DNA of 64,000 nucleotides from the human T2T-CHM13v2.0 reference genome, Homo sapiens, in the NCBI RefSeq assembly GCF_009914755.1, contig NC_060933.1; one strand, 5' to 3'. Each line of letters starts with the position of its first letter. Position 1 is the stretch's first letter. The position numbers and the translations under genes are program-made. Positions 29,791 to 44,200 of this stretch are shown piece by piece. A model generated the notes under the pieces. It searched no databases and was not told where the DNA came from. It was given only the letters and a program-made list of their open reading frames with translations.

Positions 29791-30290
29791 CATTGCATTC
29801 CGTTCCATTACATTCCCCTGCACTCGCGTTGATTCCATTCCTTTCCATTCCATTCCATTCAATTTCATTCCATTACAATTCGTTCCATTCCATTCTATGC
29901 CGTACCATTCCATTCCATTCCATTCCAATCGAGTTGATTCCATTCCATTCCATTCCATTCCATTCCACTCCATTCCAGTCCTTTCCATTCCATTCCACTC
30001 GGGTTGATTCCAATGTATTCCTTTCCATTCCATTCCATTCCATTGCATTCCGTTCCATTACATTCCCCTGCACTCACGTTGATTCCATTCCATTCCATTC
30101 CATTCCATTCAATTCCATTCCATTACAATTCGTTCCATTCCATTCTATTCCGTACCATTCCATTCCATTCCATTCCAATCGAGTTGATTCCATTCCATTC
30201 CATTCCATTCCATTCCACTCCATTCCAGTCCTTTCCATTCCATTCCACTCTGGGTGATTCCAATGTATTCCTTTCCATTCCATTCCATTC
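29791..30290 (+). repeat. Local 250 bp tandem duplication
   Basis: Landmarks at exactly +250: CATTGCATTCCGTTCCATTACATTCCCCTG (29791/30041), CATTACAATTCG (29871/30121), CAATGTATTC (30011/30261). Confidence 0.85.
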
Positions 30291-32134
30291 CATTGCAATC
30301 GAGTTGATTCCATTGCTTTGCATTCCATTCCATTCCATTCCATTCCGGATGATTCCATTCCATTGCATTCCATTCCATTCCATTCCCCTGCACTCGGGTT
30401 GATTCCATTCCATTCCACTCCATTCCGTACCATTCCATTCCATTCCATTCCATTGTATTCGGGTTAATTCCATTAAATTCCATTCCATTCCATTCCATTC
30501 CATTCCATTGCAATCGAGTTGATTCCATTCCATTTCAATCCATTCCATTCCATTCCATTCCATTCCACTCGTGTTGATTCCATTCCTTTCCATTCCATTC
30601 GGTTTGAAGGCATTCCATTCCATTCCATTCCATTCCATTGTACTCGGGTTGATTCTATTCCATTGCATTCCATTCCATTCCAATCCGTTGCATTCCATTC
30701 CATTACATTCGGATTGATTCTATTCAACTCCCTTACTCTCCATTACATTCCATTCCATTCGGGTTGTTCCATTCCATTCCATTCCATTCCACTCCATTCC
30801 ATTGCACTCGGGTTGATTCCATTCTATTCCATTCCATTCCATTCCATTCCGGATGATTCCGTTCCATTGCATTCCGTTCCATTACATTCCCCTCCACTCG
30901 CGTTGATTCCATTTCATTCCATTCCTTTCCATTCCATTCAATTCCATTCCATTACAATTCGTTCCATTCCATTCTATTCCGTACCATTCCATTCCATTCC
31001 ATACCATTCCATTCCATTCCATTCCATTCCATTCCGTTCCGTTCCATTCCGTTCCATTCCATTCCATTCCATTCCATTCCATTGCAATCGAGTTGAATCC
31101 ATTGTATTTCATTCCATTCCATTCCATTCCATTCCATTCCGGAAGATTCCATTCCATTGCATTCCATTCCATTCCATTCCCCTGCACTCGCGTTGATTCC
31201 ATTCCATTCCGTTGCATTCCGTTCCGTTCCGTTCCATTTCATTCCATTCCATTCCATTCCATTCCGTTCCGTTCCATTCCATTCCATTCCATTCTATTCG
31301 GGATAATTCCATTCCATTCCATTCGATTTCAATCGAGTTGATTCCATTCCATTCCATTCCATTCCGTTCCGGATGATTCCATTCTATTGCATTCCATTCC
31401 ATTCCATTCCCCTGCAGTCGGGTTGATTCCATTCCATTCCATTGCATTCCGTTCCATTACATTCCCCTGCACTCGCGTTGATTCCATTCCATTCCATTCC
31501 ATTCCATTCCATTCCGTTGTACTCGAGTTGATTCCATTCCATTGCATTCAATTCCATTCCATTCCATTCCATTGTACTCGAGTTGATTCCATTCCATTGC
31601 ATTCCATTCCATTCCATTCCATTCCATTCCGTTGCATTCCATTCCATTACATTCGGATTGATTCTATTCAACTCCCTTACTCTCCATTACATTCCATTCC
31701 ATTCGGGTTGTTCCATTCCATTCCATTCCATTCCACTCCATTCCATTGCACTCGGGTTGATTCCATTCCATTCCATTCCATTCCATTCCATTCCGGATGA
31801 TTCCATTCCATTGCATTCCGTTCCATTACATTCCCCTGCACTCGCGTTGATTCCATTCCATTCCATTCCATTCCATTCCATTCCATTCAATTCCATTCCA
31901 TTGCAATTCGTTCCATTCCATTCTATTCCGTACCATTCCATTCCATTCCATACCATTCCATTCCATTCCATTCCATTCCGTTCCGTTCTGTTCCTTTTCA
32001 TTCCATTCCATTCTATTCGGTTTAATTCCATTCCATTCCATTCCATTCCATTCCATTCTATTCCATTCCATTGCAATCGAGTTGAATCCATTGCATTTCA
32101 TTCCATTCCATTCCATTCCATTCCATTCCATTCC

Positions 32135-32149
32135 ATTCCGGAAGATTCC
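32135..32149. promoter_or_regulatory. Heat-shock-element consensus match ATTCCGGAAGATTCC (representative; second copy per unit at 32883-32897)
   Basis: Seen: a-TTC-cg-GAA-ga-TTC-c = nTTCnnGAAnnTTCn. Established: this is the three-pentamer inverted array bound by an HSF1 trimer. Function at this locus is inference. Confidence 0.5.
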
Positions 32150-32316
32150 ATTCCATTGCATTCCATTCCATTCCATTCCCCTGCACTCGCGTTGATTCCA
32201 TTCCATTCCATTCCATTCCATTCCATTCCATTCCGTTCCGTTCAATTCCATTCCATTCCATTCCATTCCATTCCATTCCATTCCATTCTATTCGGGTTAA
32301 TTCCATTCCATTGCAT

Positions 32317-32330
32317 TCGATTGCAATCGA
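32317..32330. other. Perfect 14-bp palindrome TCGATTGCAATCGA (representative; also 229-242, 33080-33093 and many more)
   Basis: The sequence equals its own reverse complement. It occurs twice per HOR unit and is frequent in the flanks. Confidence 0.85.
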
Positions 32331-34700
32331 GTTGATTCCGTTCCATTCCATTCCATTCCATTCCATTCCATTCCATTCCATTCCATTCCTTTCCATTCCA
32401 TTACGGATGATTCCATTCTATTGCATTCCATTCCATTCCATTCCCCTGTACTCGGGTTGATTCCATTCCATTCCATTCCAATCCATGCCATTCCACTCGT
32501 GTTGATTCCATTCTTTCCATTCCATTCAAGTTGAATCCATTCCATTGCATTCCATTCCATTCGATTCCATTCGATTGCACGCGGGTTGATTCCATTTCAT
32601 TGCATTCCATTCCATTCCATTCCATTCCATTCCATTCCATTCCATTCCGTTCCTCTCCATTCCATTGCACTCGGGTTGATTCCATTCCATTGCATTCCAT
32701 TCCATTCCATTCAATTCCATTCCGTTCCATTCCATTCCATTACATTCGGATTGATTCTATTCAACTCCCTTACTCTCCATTACATTCCATTCCATTCGGG
32801 TTGTTCCATTCCATTCCATTCCATTCCACTCCATTCCACTGCACTCGGGTTGATTCCATTCCATTCCATTCCATTCCATTCCATTCCGGAAGATTCCATT
32901 CCATTGCATTCCATTCCATTCCATTCCCCTGCACTCGCGTTGATTCCATTCCATTCCATTCTATTCCATTCCATTCCCTTTCTTTCCGTTCCATTCCATA
33001 CCATTCCATTCCATTCCGTTCCGTTCCGTTCCATTCCATTCCATTCCATTCTATTTGGGTTAATTCCATTCCATTCCATTCGATTGCAATCGAGTTGATT
33101 CTATTCCATTCCATTCCATTCCATTCCATTCCATTCCATTCCATTCCATTCCATTCCTTTCCATTCCATTACGGATGATTCCATTCCATTGCATTCCATT
33201 CCATTCCATTGCATTCCATTCCATTCCATTCCCCTGTACTCGGGTTGACTCCATTCCATTCCATTCCAATCCATGCCATTCCACTCGTGTTGATTCCATT
33301 CTTTCCATTCCATTCAAGTTGAATCCATTCCATTGCATTCCATTCCATTCCATTCCCCTGCAGTCTGGTTGATTCCATTCCATTCCATTCCATTCCATTC
33401 CATTCCATTCCATTCCGTTCCGTTCCGTTCCATTCCATTCCATTGCATTCTATTCGGGTTAATTCCATTCCATTCCATTCCATTCCATTCCATTCCATTC
33501 CATTCCAATCGAGTTGATTCCATTCCATTCCATTCCATTCCATTCCACTCCATTCCAGTCCTTTCCATTCCATTCCACTCGGGTTGATTCCAATGTATTC
33601 CTTTCCATTCCATTCCATTCCATTGCAATCGAGTTGATTCCATTGCTTTGCATTCCATTCCATTCCATTCGATTCCGGATGACTCCATTCCATTGCATTC
33701 CATTCCATTGCATTCCCCTGCAGTCGGGTTGATTCCATTCCATTCCACTCCATTCCATTGCATTCCATTCCATTCCATTGTATTCGGGTTAATTCCATTC
33801 CATTCCATTCCATTCCATTCCATTCCATTACAATCGAGTTGATTCCATTCCATTCCATTCCATTCCATTCCAGTCCTTTCCATTCCATTCCACTCGGGTT
33901 CATTCCATTCTATTAGTTTCCATTCCATTCCGTTCCCTTCCATTCCACTCTGGTTGATTCCATTCCTTTCCATTCCACTCGAATACATTCCCTCCTATTC
34001 CACTCGGAACGATTCCATTCCATTCCATTCCATTCCATTCCATTCCATTCCATTCCATTCCATTCCATTTCGTTCCATCACATTCTATTCCGTATCATTC
34101 CATTCCATTCCATTCCATTCCATTCCATTCCATTCCATTCCACTCGTGTTGATTCCATTCCTTTCCATTCCATTCGGTTTGAAGGCATTCCATTCCATTC
34201 CATTCCATTCCATTCCATTCCATTCCATTGTACTCGGGTTGATTCCATTCCATTGCATTCCATCCCATTCCATTCCATTCCAATCCGTTGCATTCCATTC
34301 CATTACATTCGGATTGATTCTATTCAACTACCTTACTCTCCATTACATTCCATTCCATTCGGGTTGTTCCATTCCATTCCATTCCATTCCACTCCATTCC
34401 ATTGCACTCGGGTTGATTCCATTCCTTTCCATTCCATTCCATTCCATTCCGGATGTTTCCATTCCATTGCATTCCGTTCCATTACATTCCCCTGCACTCG
34501 CGTTGATTCCATTCCATTCCATTCCATTCCATTCCATTCAATTCCATTCCATTACAATTCGTTCCATTCCATTCTATTCCGTACCATTCCATTCCATTCC
34601 ATACCATTCCATTCCATTCCATTCCATTCCACTCCATTCCATTGCACTCGGGTTGATTCCATTCCATTCCATTCCATTCCATTCCATTCCATTCCGGATG

Positions 34701-37700
34701 ATTCCATTCCATTGCATTCCGTTCCATTACATTCCCCTGCACTCGCGTTGATTCCATTCCATTCCATTCCATTCCATTCCATTCCGTTGTACTCGAGTTG
34801 ATTCCATTCCATTGCATTCAATTCCATTCCATTCCATTCCATTGTACTCGAGTTGATTCCATTCCATTGCATTCCATTCCATTCCATTCCATTCCATTCC
34901 GTTGCATTCCATTCCATTACATTCGGATTGATTCTATTCAACTCCCTTACTCTCCATTACATTCCATTCCATTCGGGTTGTTCCATTCCATTCCATTCCA
35001 TTCCACTCCATTCCATTGCACTCGGGTTGATTCCATTCCATTCCATTCCATTCCATTCCATTCCGGATGATTCCATTCCATTGCATTCCGTTCCATTACA
35101 TTCCCCTGCACTCGCGTTGATTCCATTCCATTCCATTCCATTCCATTCCATTCCATTCAATTCCATTCCATTGCAATTCGTTCCATTCCATTCTATTCCG
35201 TACCATTCCATTCCATTCCATACCATTCCATTCCATTCCATTCCATTCCGTTCCGTTCTGTTCCTTTTCATTCCATTCCATTCTATTCGGTTTAATTCCA
35301 TTCCATTCCATTCCATTCCATTCCATTCTATTCCATTCCATTGCAATCGAGTTGAATCCATTGCATTTCATTCCATTCCATTCCATTCCATTCCATTCCA
35401 TTCCATTCCGGAAGATTCCATTCCATTGCATTCCATTCCATTCCATTCCCCTGCACTCGCGTTGATTCCATTCCATTCCATTCCATTCCATTCCATTCCA
35501 TTCCGTTCCGTTCAATTCCATTCCATTCCATTCCATTCCATTCCATTCCATTCCATTCTATTCGGGTTAATTCCATTCCATTGCATTCGATTGCAATCGA
35601 GTTGATTCCGTTCCATTCCATTCCATTCCATTCCATTCCATTCCATTCCATTCCATTCCTTTCCATTCCATTACGGATGATTCCATTCTATTGCATTCCA
35701 TTCCATTCCATTCCCCTGTACTCGGGTTGATTCCATTCCATTCCATTCCAATCCATGCCATTCCACTCGTGTTGATTCCATTCTTTCCATTCCATTCAAG
35801 TTGAATCCATTCCATTGCATTCCATTCCATTCGATTCCATTCGATTGCACGCGGGTTGATTCCATTTCATTGCATTCCATTCCATTCCATTCCATTCCAT
35901 TCCATTCCATTCCATTCCGTTCCTCTCCATTCCATTGCACTCGGGTTGATTCCATTCCATTGCATTCCATTCCATTCCATTCAATTCCATTCCGTTCCAT
36001 TCCATTCCATTACATTCGGATTGATTCTATTCAACTCCCTTACTCTCCATTACATTCCATTCCATTCGGGTTGTTCCATTCCATTCCATTCCATTCCACT
36101 CCATTCCACTGCACTCGGGTTGATTCCATTCCATTCCATTCCATTCCATTCCATTCCGGAAGATTCCATTCCATTGCATTCCATTCCATTCCATTCCCCT
36201 GCACTCGCGTTGATTCCATTCCATTCCATTCTATTCCATTCCATTCCCTTTCTTTCCGTTCCATTCCATACCATTCCATTCCATTCCGTTCCGTTCCGTT
36301 CCATTCCATTCCATTCCATTCTATTTGGGTTAATTCCATTCCATTCCATTCGATTGCAATCGAGTTGATTCTATTCCATTCCATTCCATTCCATTCCATT
36401 CCATTCCATTCCATTCCATTCCATTCCTTTCCATTCCATTACGGATGATTCCATTCCATTGCATTCCATTCCATTCCATTGCATTCCATTCCATTCCATT
36501 CCCCTGTACTCGGGTTGACTCCATTCCATTCCATTCCAATCCATGCCATTCCACTCGTGTTGATTCCATTCTTTCCATTCCATTCAAGTTGAATCCATTC
36601 CATTGCATTCCATTCCATTCCATTCCCCTGCAGTCTGGTTGATTCCATTCCATTCCATTCCATTCCATTCCATTCCATTCCATTCCGTTCCGTTCCGTTC
36701 CATTCCATTCCATTGCATTCTATTCGGGTTAATTCCATTCCATTCCATTCCATTCCATTCCATTCCATTCCATTCCAATCGAGTTGATTCCATTCCATTC
36801 CATTCCATTCCATTCCACTCCATTCCAGTCCTTTCCATTCCATTCCACTCGGGTTGATTCCAATGTATTCCTTTCCATTCCATTCCATTCCATTGCAATC
36901 GAGTTGATTCCATTGCTTTGCATTCCATTCCATTCCATTCGATTCCGGATGACTCCATTCCATTGCATTCCATTCCATTGCATTCCCCTGCAGTCGGGTT
37001 GATTCCATTCCATTCCACTCCATTCCATTGCATTCCATTCCATTCCATTGTATTCGGGTTAATTCCATTCCATTCCATTCCATTCCATTCCATTCCATTA
37101 CAATCGAGTTGATTCCATTCCATTCCATTCCATTCCATTCCAGTCCTTTCCATTCCATTCCACTCGGGTTCATTCCATTCTATTAGTTTCCATTCCATTC
37201 CGTTCCCTTCCATTCCACTCTGGTTGATTCCATTCCTTTCCATTCCACTCGAATACATTCCCTCCTATTCCACTCGGAACGATTCCATTCCATTCCATTC
37301 CATTCCATTCCATTCCATTCCATTCCATTCCATTCCATTTCGTTCCATCACATTCTATTCCGTATCATTCCATTCCATTCCATTCCATTCCATTCCATTC
37401 CATTCCATTCCACTCGTGTTGATTCCATTCCTTTCCATTCCATTCGGTTTGAAGGCATTCCATTCCATTCCATTCCATTCCATTCCATTCCATTCCATTG
37501 TACTCGGGTTGATTCCATTCCATTGCATTCCATCCCATTCCATTCCATTCCAATCCGTTGCATTCCATTCCATTACATTCGGATTGATTCTATTCAACTA
37601 CCTTACTCTCCATTACATTCCATTCCATTCGGGTTGTTCCATTCCATTCCATTCCATTCCACTCCATTCCATTGCACTCGGGTTGATTCCATTCCTTTCC

Positions 37701-37970
37701 ATTCCATTCCATTCCATTCCGGATGTTTCCATTCCATTGCATTCCGTTCCATTACATTCCCCTGCACTCGCGTTGATTCCATTCCATTCCATTCCATTCC
37801 ATTCCATTCAATTCCATTCCATTACAATTCGTTCCATTCCATTCTATTCCGTACCATTCCATTCCATTCCATACCATTCCATTCCATTCCATTCCATTCC
37901 ACTCCATTCCATTGCACTCGGGTTGATTCCATTCCATTCCATTCCATTCCATTCCATTCCATTCCGGATG
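34701..37970 (+). repeat. HOR unit 2 (3270 bp; long-alpha)
   Basis: ORF translations match unit 1 at a +3270 offset. Confidence 0.92.
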
Positions 37971-40900
37971 ATTCCATTCCATTGCATTCCGTTCCATTAC
38001 ATTCCCCTGCACTCGCGTTGATTCCATTCCATTCCATTCCATTCCATTCCATTCCGTTGTACTCGAGTTGATTCCATTCCATTGCATTCAATTCCATTCC
38101 ATTCCATTCCATTGTACTCGAGTTGATTCCATTCCATTGCATTCCATTCCATTCCATTCCATTCCATTCCGTTGCATTCCATTCCATTACATTCGGATTG
38201 ATTCTATTCAACTCCCTTACTCTCCATTACATTCCATTCCATTCGGGTTGTTCCATTCCATTCCATTCCATTCCACTCCATTCCATTGCACTCGGGTTGA
38301 TTCCATTCCATTCCATTCCATTCCATTCCATTCCGGATGATTCCATTCCATTGCATTCCGTTCCATTACATTCCCCTGCACTCGCGTTGATTCCATTCCA
38401 TTCCATTCCATTCCATTCCATTCCATTCAATTCCATTCCATTGCAATTCGTTCCATTCCATTCTATTCCGTACCATTCCATTCCATTCCATACCATTCCA
38501 TTCCATTCCATTCCATTCCGTTCCGTTCTGTTCCTTTTCATTCCATTCCATTCTATTCGGTTTAATTCCATTCCATTCCATTCCATTCCATTCCATTCTA
38601 TTCCATTCCATTGCAATCGAGTTGAATCCATTGCATTTCATTCCATTCCATTCCATTCCATTCCATTCCATTCCATTCCGGAAGATTCCATTCCATTGCA
38701 TTCCATTCCATTCCATTCCCCTGCACTCGCGTTGATTCCATTCCATTCCATTCCATTCCATTCCATTCCGTTCCGTTCAATTCCATTCCATTCCATTCCA
38801 TTCCATTCCATTCCATTCCATTCTATTCGGGTTAATTCCATTCCATTGCATTCGATTGCAATCGAGTTGATTCCGTTCCATTCCATTCCATTCCATTCCA
38901 TTCCATTCCATTCCATTCCTTTCCATTCCATTACGGATGATTCCATTCTATTGCATTCCATTCCATTCCATTCCCCTGTACTCGGGTTGATTCCATTCCA
39001 TTCCATTCCAATCCATGCCATTCCACTCGTGTTGATTCCATTCTTTCCATTCCATTCAAGTTGAATCCATTCCATTGCATTCCATTCCATTCGATTCCAT
39101 TCGATTGCACGCGGGTTGATTCCATTTCATTGCATTCCATTCCATTCCATTCCATTCCATTCCATTCCATTCCATTCCGTTCCTCTCCATTCCATTGCAC
39201 TCGGGTTGATTCCATTCCATTGCATTCCATTCCATTCCATTCAATTCCATTCCGTTCCATTCCATTCCATTACATTCGGATTGATTCTATTCAACTCCCT
39301 TACTCTCCATTACATTCCATTCCATTCGGGTTGTTCCATTCCATTCCATTCCATTCCACTCCATTCCACTGCACTCGGGTTGATTCCATTCCATTCCATT
39401 CCATTCCATTCCATTCCGGAAGATTCCATTCCATTGCATTCCATTCCATTCCATTCCCCTGCACTCGCGTTGATTCCATTCCATTCCATTCTATTCCATT
39501 CCATTCCCTTTCTTTCCGTTCCATTCCATACCATTCCATTCCATTCCGTTCCGTTCCGTTCCATTCCATTCCATTCCATTCTATTTGGGTTAATTCCATT
39601 CCATTCCATTCGATTGCAATCGAGTTGATTCTATTCCATTCCATTCCATTCCATTCCATTCCATTCCATTCCATTCCATTCCTTTCCATTCCATTACGGA
39701 TGATTCCATTCCATTGCATTCCATTCCATTCCATTGCATTCCATTCCATTCCATTCCCCTGTACTCGGGTTGACTCCATTCCATTCCATTCCAATCCATG
39801 CCATTCCACTCGTGTTGATTCCATTCTTTCCATTCCATTCAAGTTGAATCCATTCCATTGCATTCCATTCCATTCCATTCCCCTGCAGTCTGGTTGATTC
39901 CATTCCATTCCATTCCATTCCATTCCATTCCATTCCATTCCGTTCCGTTCCGTTCCATTCCATTCCATTGCATTCTATTCGGGTTAATTCCATTCCATTC
40001 CATTCCATTCCATTCCATTCCATTCCATTCCAATCGAGTTGATTCCATTCCATTCCATTCCATTCCATTCCACTCCATTCCAGTCCTTTCCATTCCATTC
40101 CACTCGGGTTGATTCCAATGTATTCCTTTCCATTCCATTCCATTCCATTGCAATCGAGTTGATTCCATTGCTTTGCATTCCATTCCATTCCATTCGATTC
40201 CGGATGACTCCATTCCATTGCATTCCATTCCATTGCATTCCCCTGCAGTCGGGTTGATTCCATTCCATTCCACTCCATTCCATTGCATTCCATTCCATTC
40301 CATTGTATTCGGGTTAATTCCATTCCATTCCATTCCATTCCATTCCATTCCATTACAATCGAGTTGATTCCATTCCATTCCATTCCATTCCATTCCAGTC
40401 CTTTCCATTCCATTCCACTCGGGTTCATTCCATTCTATTAGTTTCCATTCCATTCCGTTCCCTTCCATTCCACTCTGGTTGATTCCATTCCTTTCCATTC
40501 CACTCGAATACATTCCCTCCTATTCCACTCGGAACGATTCCATTCCATTCCATTCCATTCCATTCCATTCCATTCCATTCCATTCCATTTCGTTCCATCA
40601 CATTCTATTCCGTATCATTCCATTCCATTCCATTCCATTCCATTCCATTCCATTCCATTCCACTCGTGTTGATTCCATTCCTTTCCATTCCATTCGGTTT
40701 GAAGGCATTCCATTCCATTCCATTCCATTCCATTCCATTCCATTCCATTCCATTGTACTCGGGTTGATTCCATTCCATTGCATTCCATCCCATTCCATTC
40801 CATTCCAATCCGTTGCATTCCATTCCATTACATTCGGATTGATTCTATTCAACTACCTTACTCTCCATTACATTCCATTCCATTCGGGTTGTTCCATTCC

Positions 40901-41225
40901 ATTCCATTCCATTCCACTCCATTCCATTGCACTCGGGTTGATTCCATTCCTTTCCATTCCATTCCATTCCATTCCGGATGTTTCCATTCCATTGCATTCC
41001 GTTCCATTACATTCCCCTGCACTCGCGTTGATTCCATTCCATTCCATTCCATTCCATTCCATTCAATTCCATTCCATTACAATTCGTTCCATTCCATTCT
41101 ATTCCGTACCATTCCATTCCATTCCATACCATTCCATTCCATTCCATTCCATTCCACTCCATTCCATTGCACTCGGGTTGATTCCATTCCATTCCATTCC
41201 ATTCCATTCCATTCCATTCCGGATG
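37971..41225 (+). repeat. HOR unit 3 (3255 bp; short-beta)
   Basis: Three single-pentamer losses (313aa and 278aa ORFs replace 250aa/215aa) plus a compensating -5/+5 pair (beta 265aa ORF ...SISFHHILFRII...). Confidence 0.92.
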
Positions 41226-44200
41226 ATTCCATTCCATTGCATTCCGTTCCATTACATTCCCCTGCACTCGCGTTGATTCCATTCCATTCCATTCCATTCC
41301 ATTCCATTCCGTTGTACTCGAGTTGATTCCATTCCATTGCATTCAATTCCATTCCATTCCATTCCATTGTACTCGAGTTGATTCCATTCCATTGCATTCC
41401 ATTCCATTCCATTCCATTCCATTCCGTTGCATTCCATTCCATTACATTCGGATTGATTCTATTCAACTCCCTTACTCTCCATTACATTCCATTCCATTCG
41501 GGTTGTTCCATTCCATTCCATTCCATTCCACTCCATTCCATTGCACTCGGGTTGATTCCATTCCATTCCATTCCATTCCATTCCATTCCGGATGATTCCA
41601 TTCCATTGCATTCCGTTCCATTACATTCCCCTGCACTCGCGTTGATTCCATTCCATTCCATTCCATTCCATTCCATTCCATTCAATTCCATTCCATTGCA
41701 ATTCGTTCCATTCCATTCTATTCCGTACCATTCCATTCCATTCCATACCATTCCATTCCATTCCATTCCATTCCGTTCCGTTCTGTTCCTTTTCATTCCA
41801 TTCCATTCTATTCGGTTTAATTCCATTCCATTCCATTCCATTCCATTCCATTCTATTCCATTCCATTGCAATCGAGTTGAATCCATTGCATTTCATTCCA
41901 TTCCATTCCATTCCATTCCATTCCATTCCATTCCGGAAGATTCCATTCCATTGCATTCCATTCCATTCCATTCCCCTGCACTCGCGTTGATTCCATTCCA
42001 TTCCATTCCATTCCATTCCATTCCATTCCGTTCCGTTCAATTCCATTCCATTCCATTCCATTCCATTCCATTCCATTCCATTCTATTCGGGTTAATTCCA
42101 TTCCATTGCATTCGATTGCAATCGAGTTGATTCCGTTCCATTCCATTCCATTCCATTCCATTCCATTCCATTCCATTCCATTCCTTTCCATTCCATTACG
42201 GATGATTCCATTCTATTGCATTCCATTCCATTCCATTCCCCTGTACTCGGGTTGATTCCATTCCATTCCATTCCAATCCATGCCATTCCACTCGTGTTGA
42301 TTCCATTCTTTCCATTCCATTCAAGTTGAATCCATTCCATTGCATTCCATTCCATTCGATTCCATTCGATTGCACGCGGGTTGATTCCATTTCATTGCAT
42401 TCCATTCCATTCCATTCCATTCCATTCCATTCCATTCCATTCCGTTCCTCTCCATTCCATTGCACTCGGGTTGATTCCATTCCATTGCATTCCATTCCAT
42501 TCCATTCAATTCCATTCCGTTCCATTCCATTCCATTACATTCGGATTGATTCTATTCAACTCCCTTACTCTCCATTACATTCCATTCCATTCGGGTTGTT
42601 CCATTCCATTCCATTCCATTCCACTCCATTCCACTGCACTCGGGTTGATTCCATTCCATTCCATTCCATTCCATTCCATTCCGGAAGATTCCATTCCATT
42701 GCATTCCATTCCATTCCATTCCCCTGCACTCGCGTTGATTCCATTCCATTCCATTCTATTCCATTCCATTCCCTTTCTTTCCGTTCCATTCCATACCATT
42801 CCATTCCATTCCGTTCCGTTCCGTTCCATTCCATTCCATTCCATTCTATTTGGGTTAATTCCATTCCATTCCATTCGATTGCAATCGAGTTGATTCTATT
42901 CCATTCCATTCCATTCCATTCCATTCCATTCCATTCCATTCCATTCCATTCCTTTCCATTCCATTACGGATGATTCCATTCCATTGCATTCCATTCCATT
43001 CCATTGCATTCCATTCCATTCCATTCCCCTGTACTCGGGTTGACTCCATTCCATTCCATTCCAATCCATGCCATTCCACTCGTGTTGATTCCATTCTTTC
43101 CATTCCATTCAAGTTGAATCCATTCCATTGCATTCCATTCCATTCCATTCCCCTGCAGTCTGGTTGATTCCATTCCATTCCATTCCATTCCATTCCATTC
43201 CATTCCATTCCGTTCCGTTCCGTTCCATTCCATTCCATTGCATTCTATTCGGGTTAATTCCATTCCATTCCATTCCATTCCATTCCATTCCATTCCATTC
43301 CAATCGAGTTGATTCCATTCCATTCCATTCCATTCCATTCCACTCCATTCCAGTCCTTTCCATTCCATTCCACTCGGGTTGATTCCAATGTATTCCTTTC
43401 CATTCCATTCCATTCCATTGCAATCGAGTTGATTCCATTGCTTTGCATTCCATTCCATTCCATTCGATTCCGGATGACTCCATTCCATTGCATTCCATTC
43501 CATTGCATTCCCCTGCAGTCGGGTTGATTCCATTCCATTCCACTCCATTCCATTGCATTCCATTCCATTCCATTGTATTCGGGTTAATTCCATTCCATTC
43601 CATTCCATTCCATTCCATTCCATTACAATCGAGTTGATTCCATTCCATTCCATTCCATTCCATTCCAGTCCTTTCCATTCCATTCCACTCGGGTTCATTC
43701 CATTCTATTAGTTTCCATTCCATTCCGTTCCCTTCCATTCCACTCTGGTTGATTCCATTCCTTTCCATTCCACTCGAATACATTCCCTCCTATTCCACTC
43801 GGAACGATTCCATTCCATTCCATTCCATTCCATTCCATTCCATTCCATTCCATTCCATTTCGTTCCATCACATTCTATTCCGTATCATTCCATTCCATTC
43901 CATTCCATTCCATTCCATTCCATTCCATTCCACTCGTGTTGATTCCATTCCTTTCCATTCCATTCGGTTTGAAGGCATTCCATTCCATTCCATTCCATTC
44001 CATTCCATTCCATTCCATTCCATTGTACTCGGGTTGATTCCATTCCATTGCATTCCATCCCATTCCATTCCATTCCAATCCGTTGCATTCCATTCCATTA
44101 CATTCGGATTGATTCTATTCAACTACCTTACTCTCCATTACATTCCATTCCATTCGGGTTGTTCCATTCCATTCCATTCCATTCCACTCCATTCCATTGC

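Larger units (their letters stand above)
1..31430 (+). repeat. Diverged HSat3 patchwork (left flank) with no strict long period, made of shuffled modules
   Basis: Diagnostic words recur at irregular spacing with many substitutions: CCAATGTATTCC (~670, 12012, 14772, 17209, 18392, 21727, 30011, 30261), TTGAAGGCATT (~10352, 12580, 24156, 26782, 28381, 30604) and CAAGTTGAATCC (~409, 2073, 11736, 14496, 16105, 16953, 18125, 19839, 21461, 23209). Confidence 0.85.
31431..34700 (+). repeat. HOR unit 1 (3270 bp; long front, alpha back)
   Basis: ORF set 250aa/215aa/265aa(alpha: ...FRSITFYSVSF...). The next unit starts after GGATG at 34696-34700. Confidence 0.92.

Noticed and set aside
1-31430. CpG-decay variants of spacers (CTTGGGTTG, CTCAGGTTG, TTTGGGTT)
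   Set aside because: This is the expected result of methyl-CpG deamination in heterochromatin and is not unusual.
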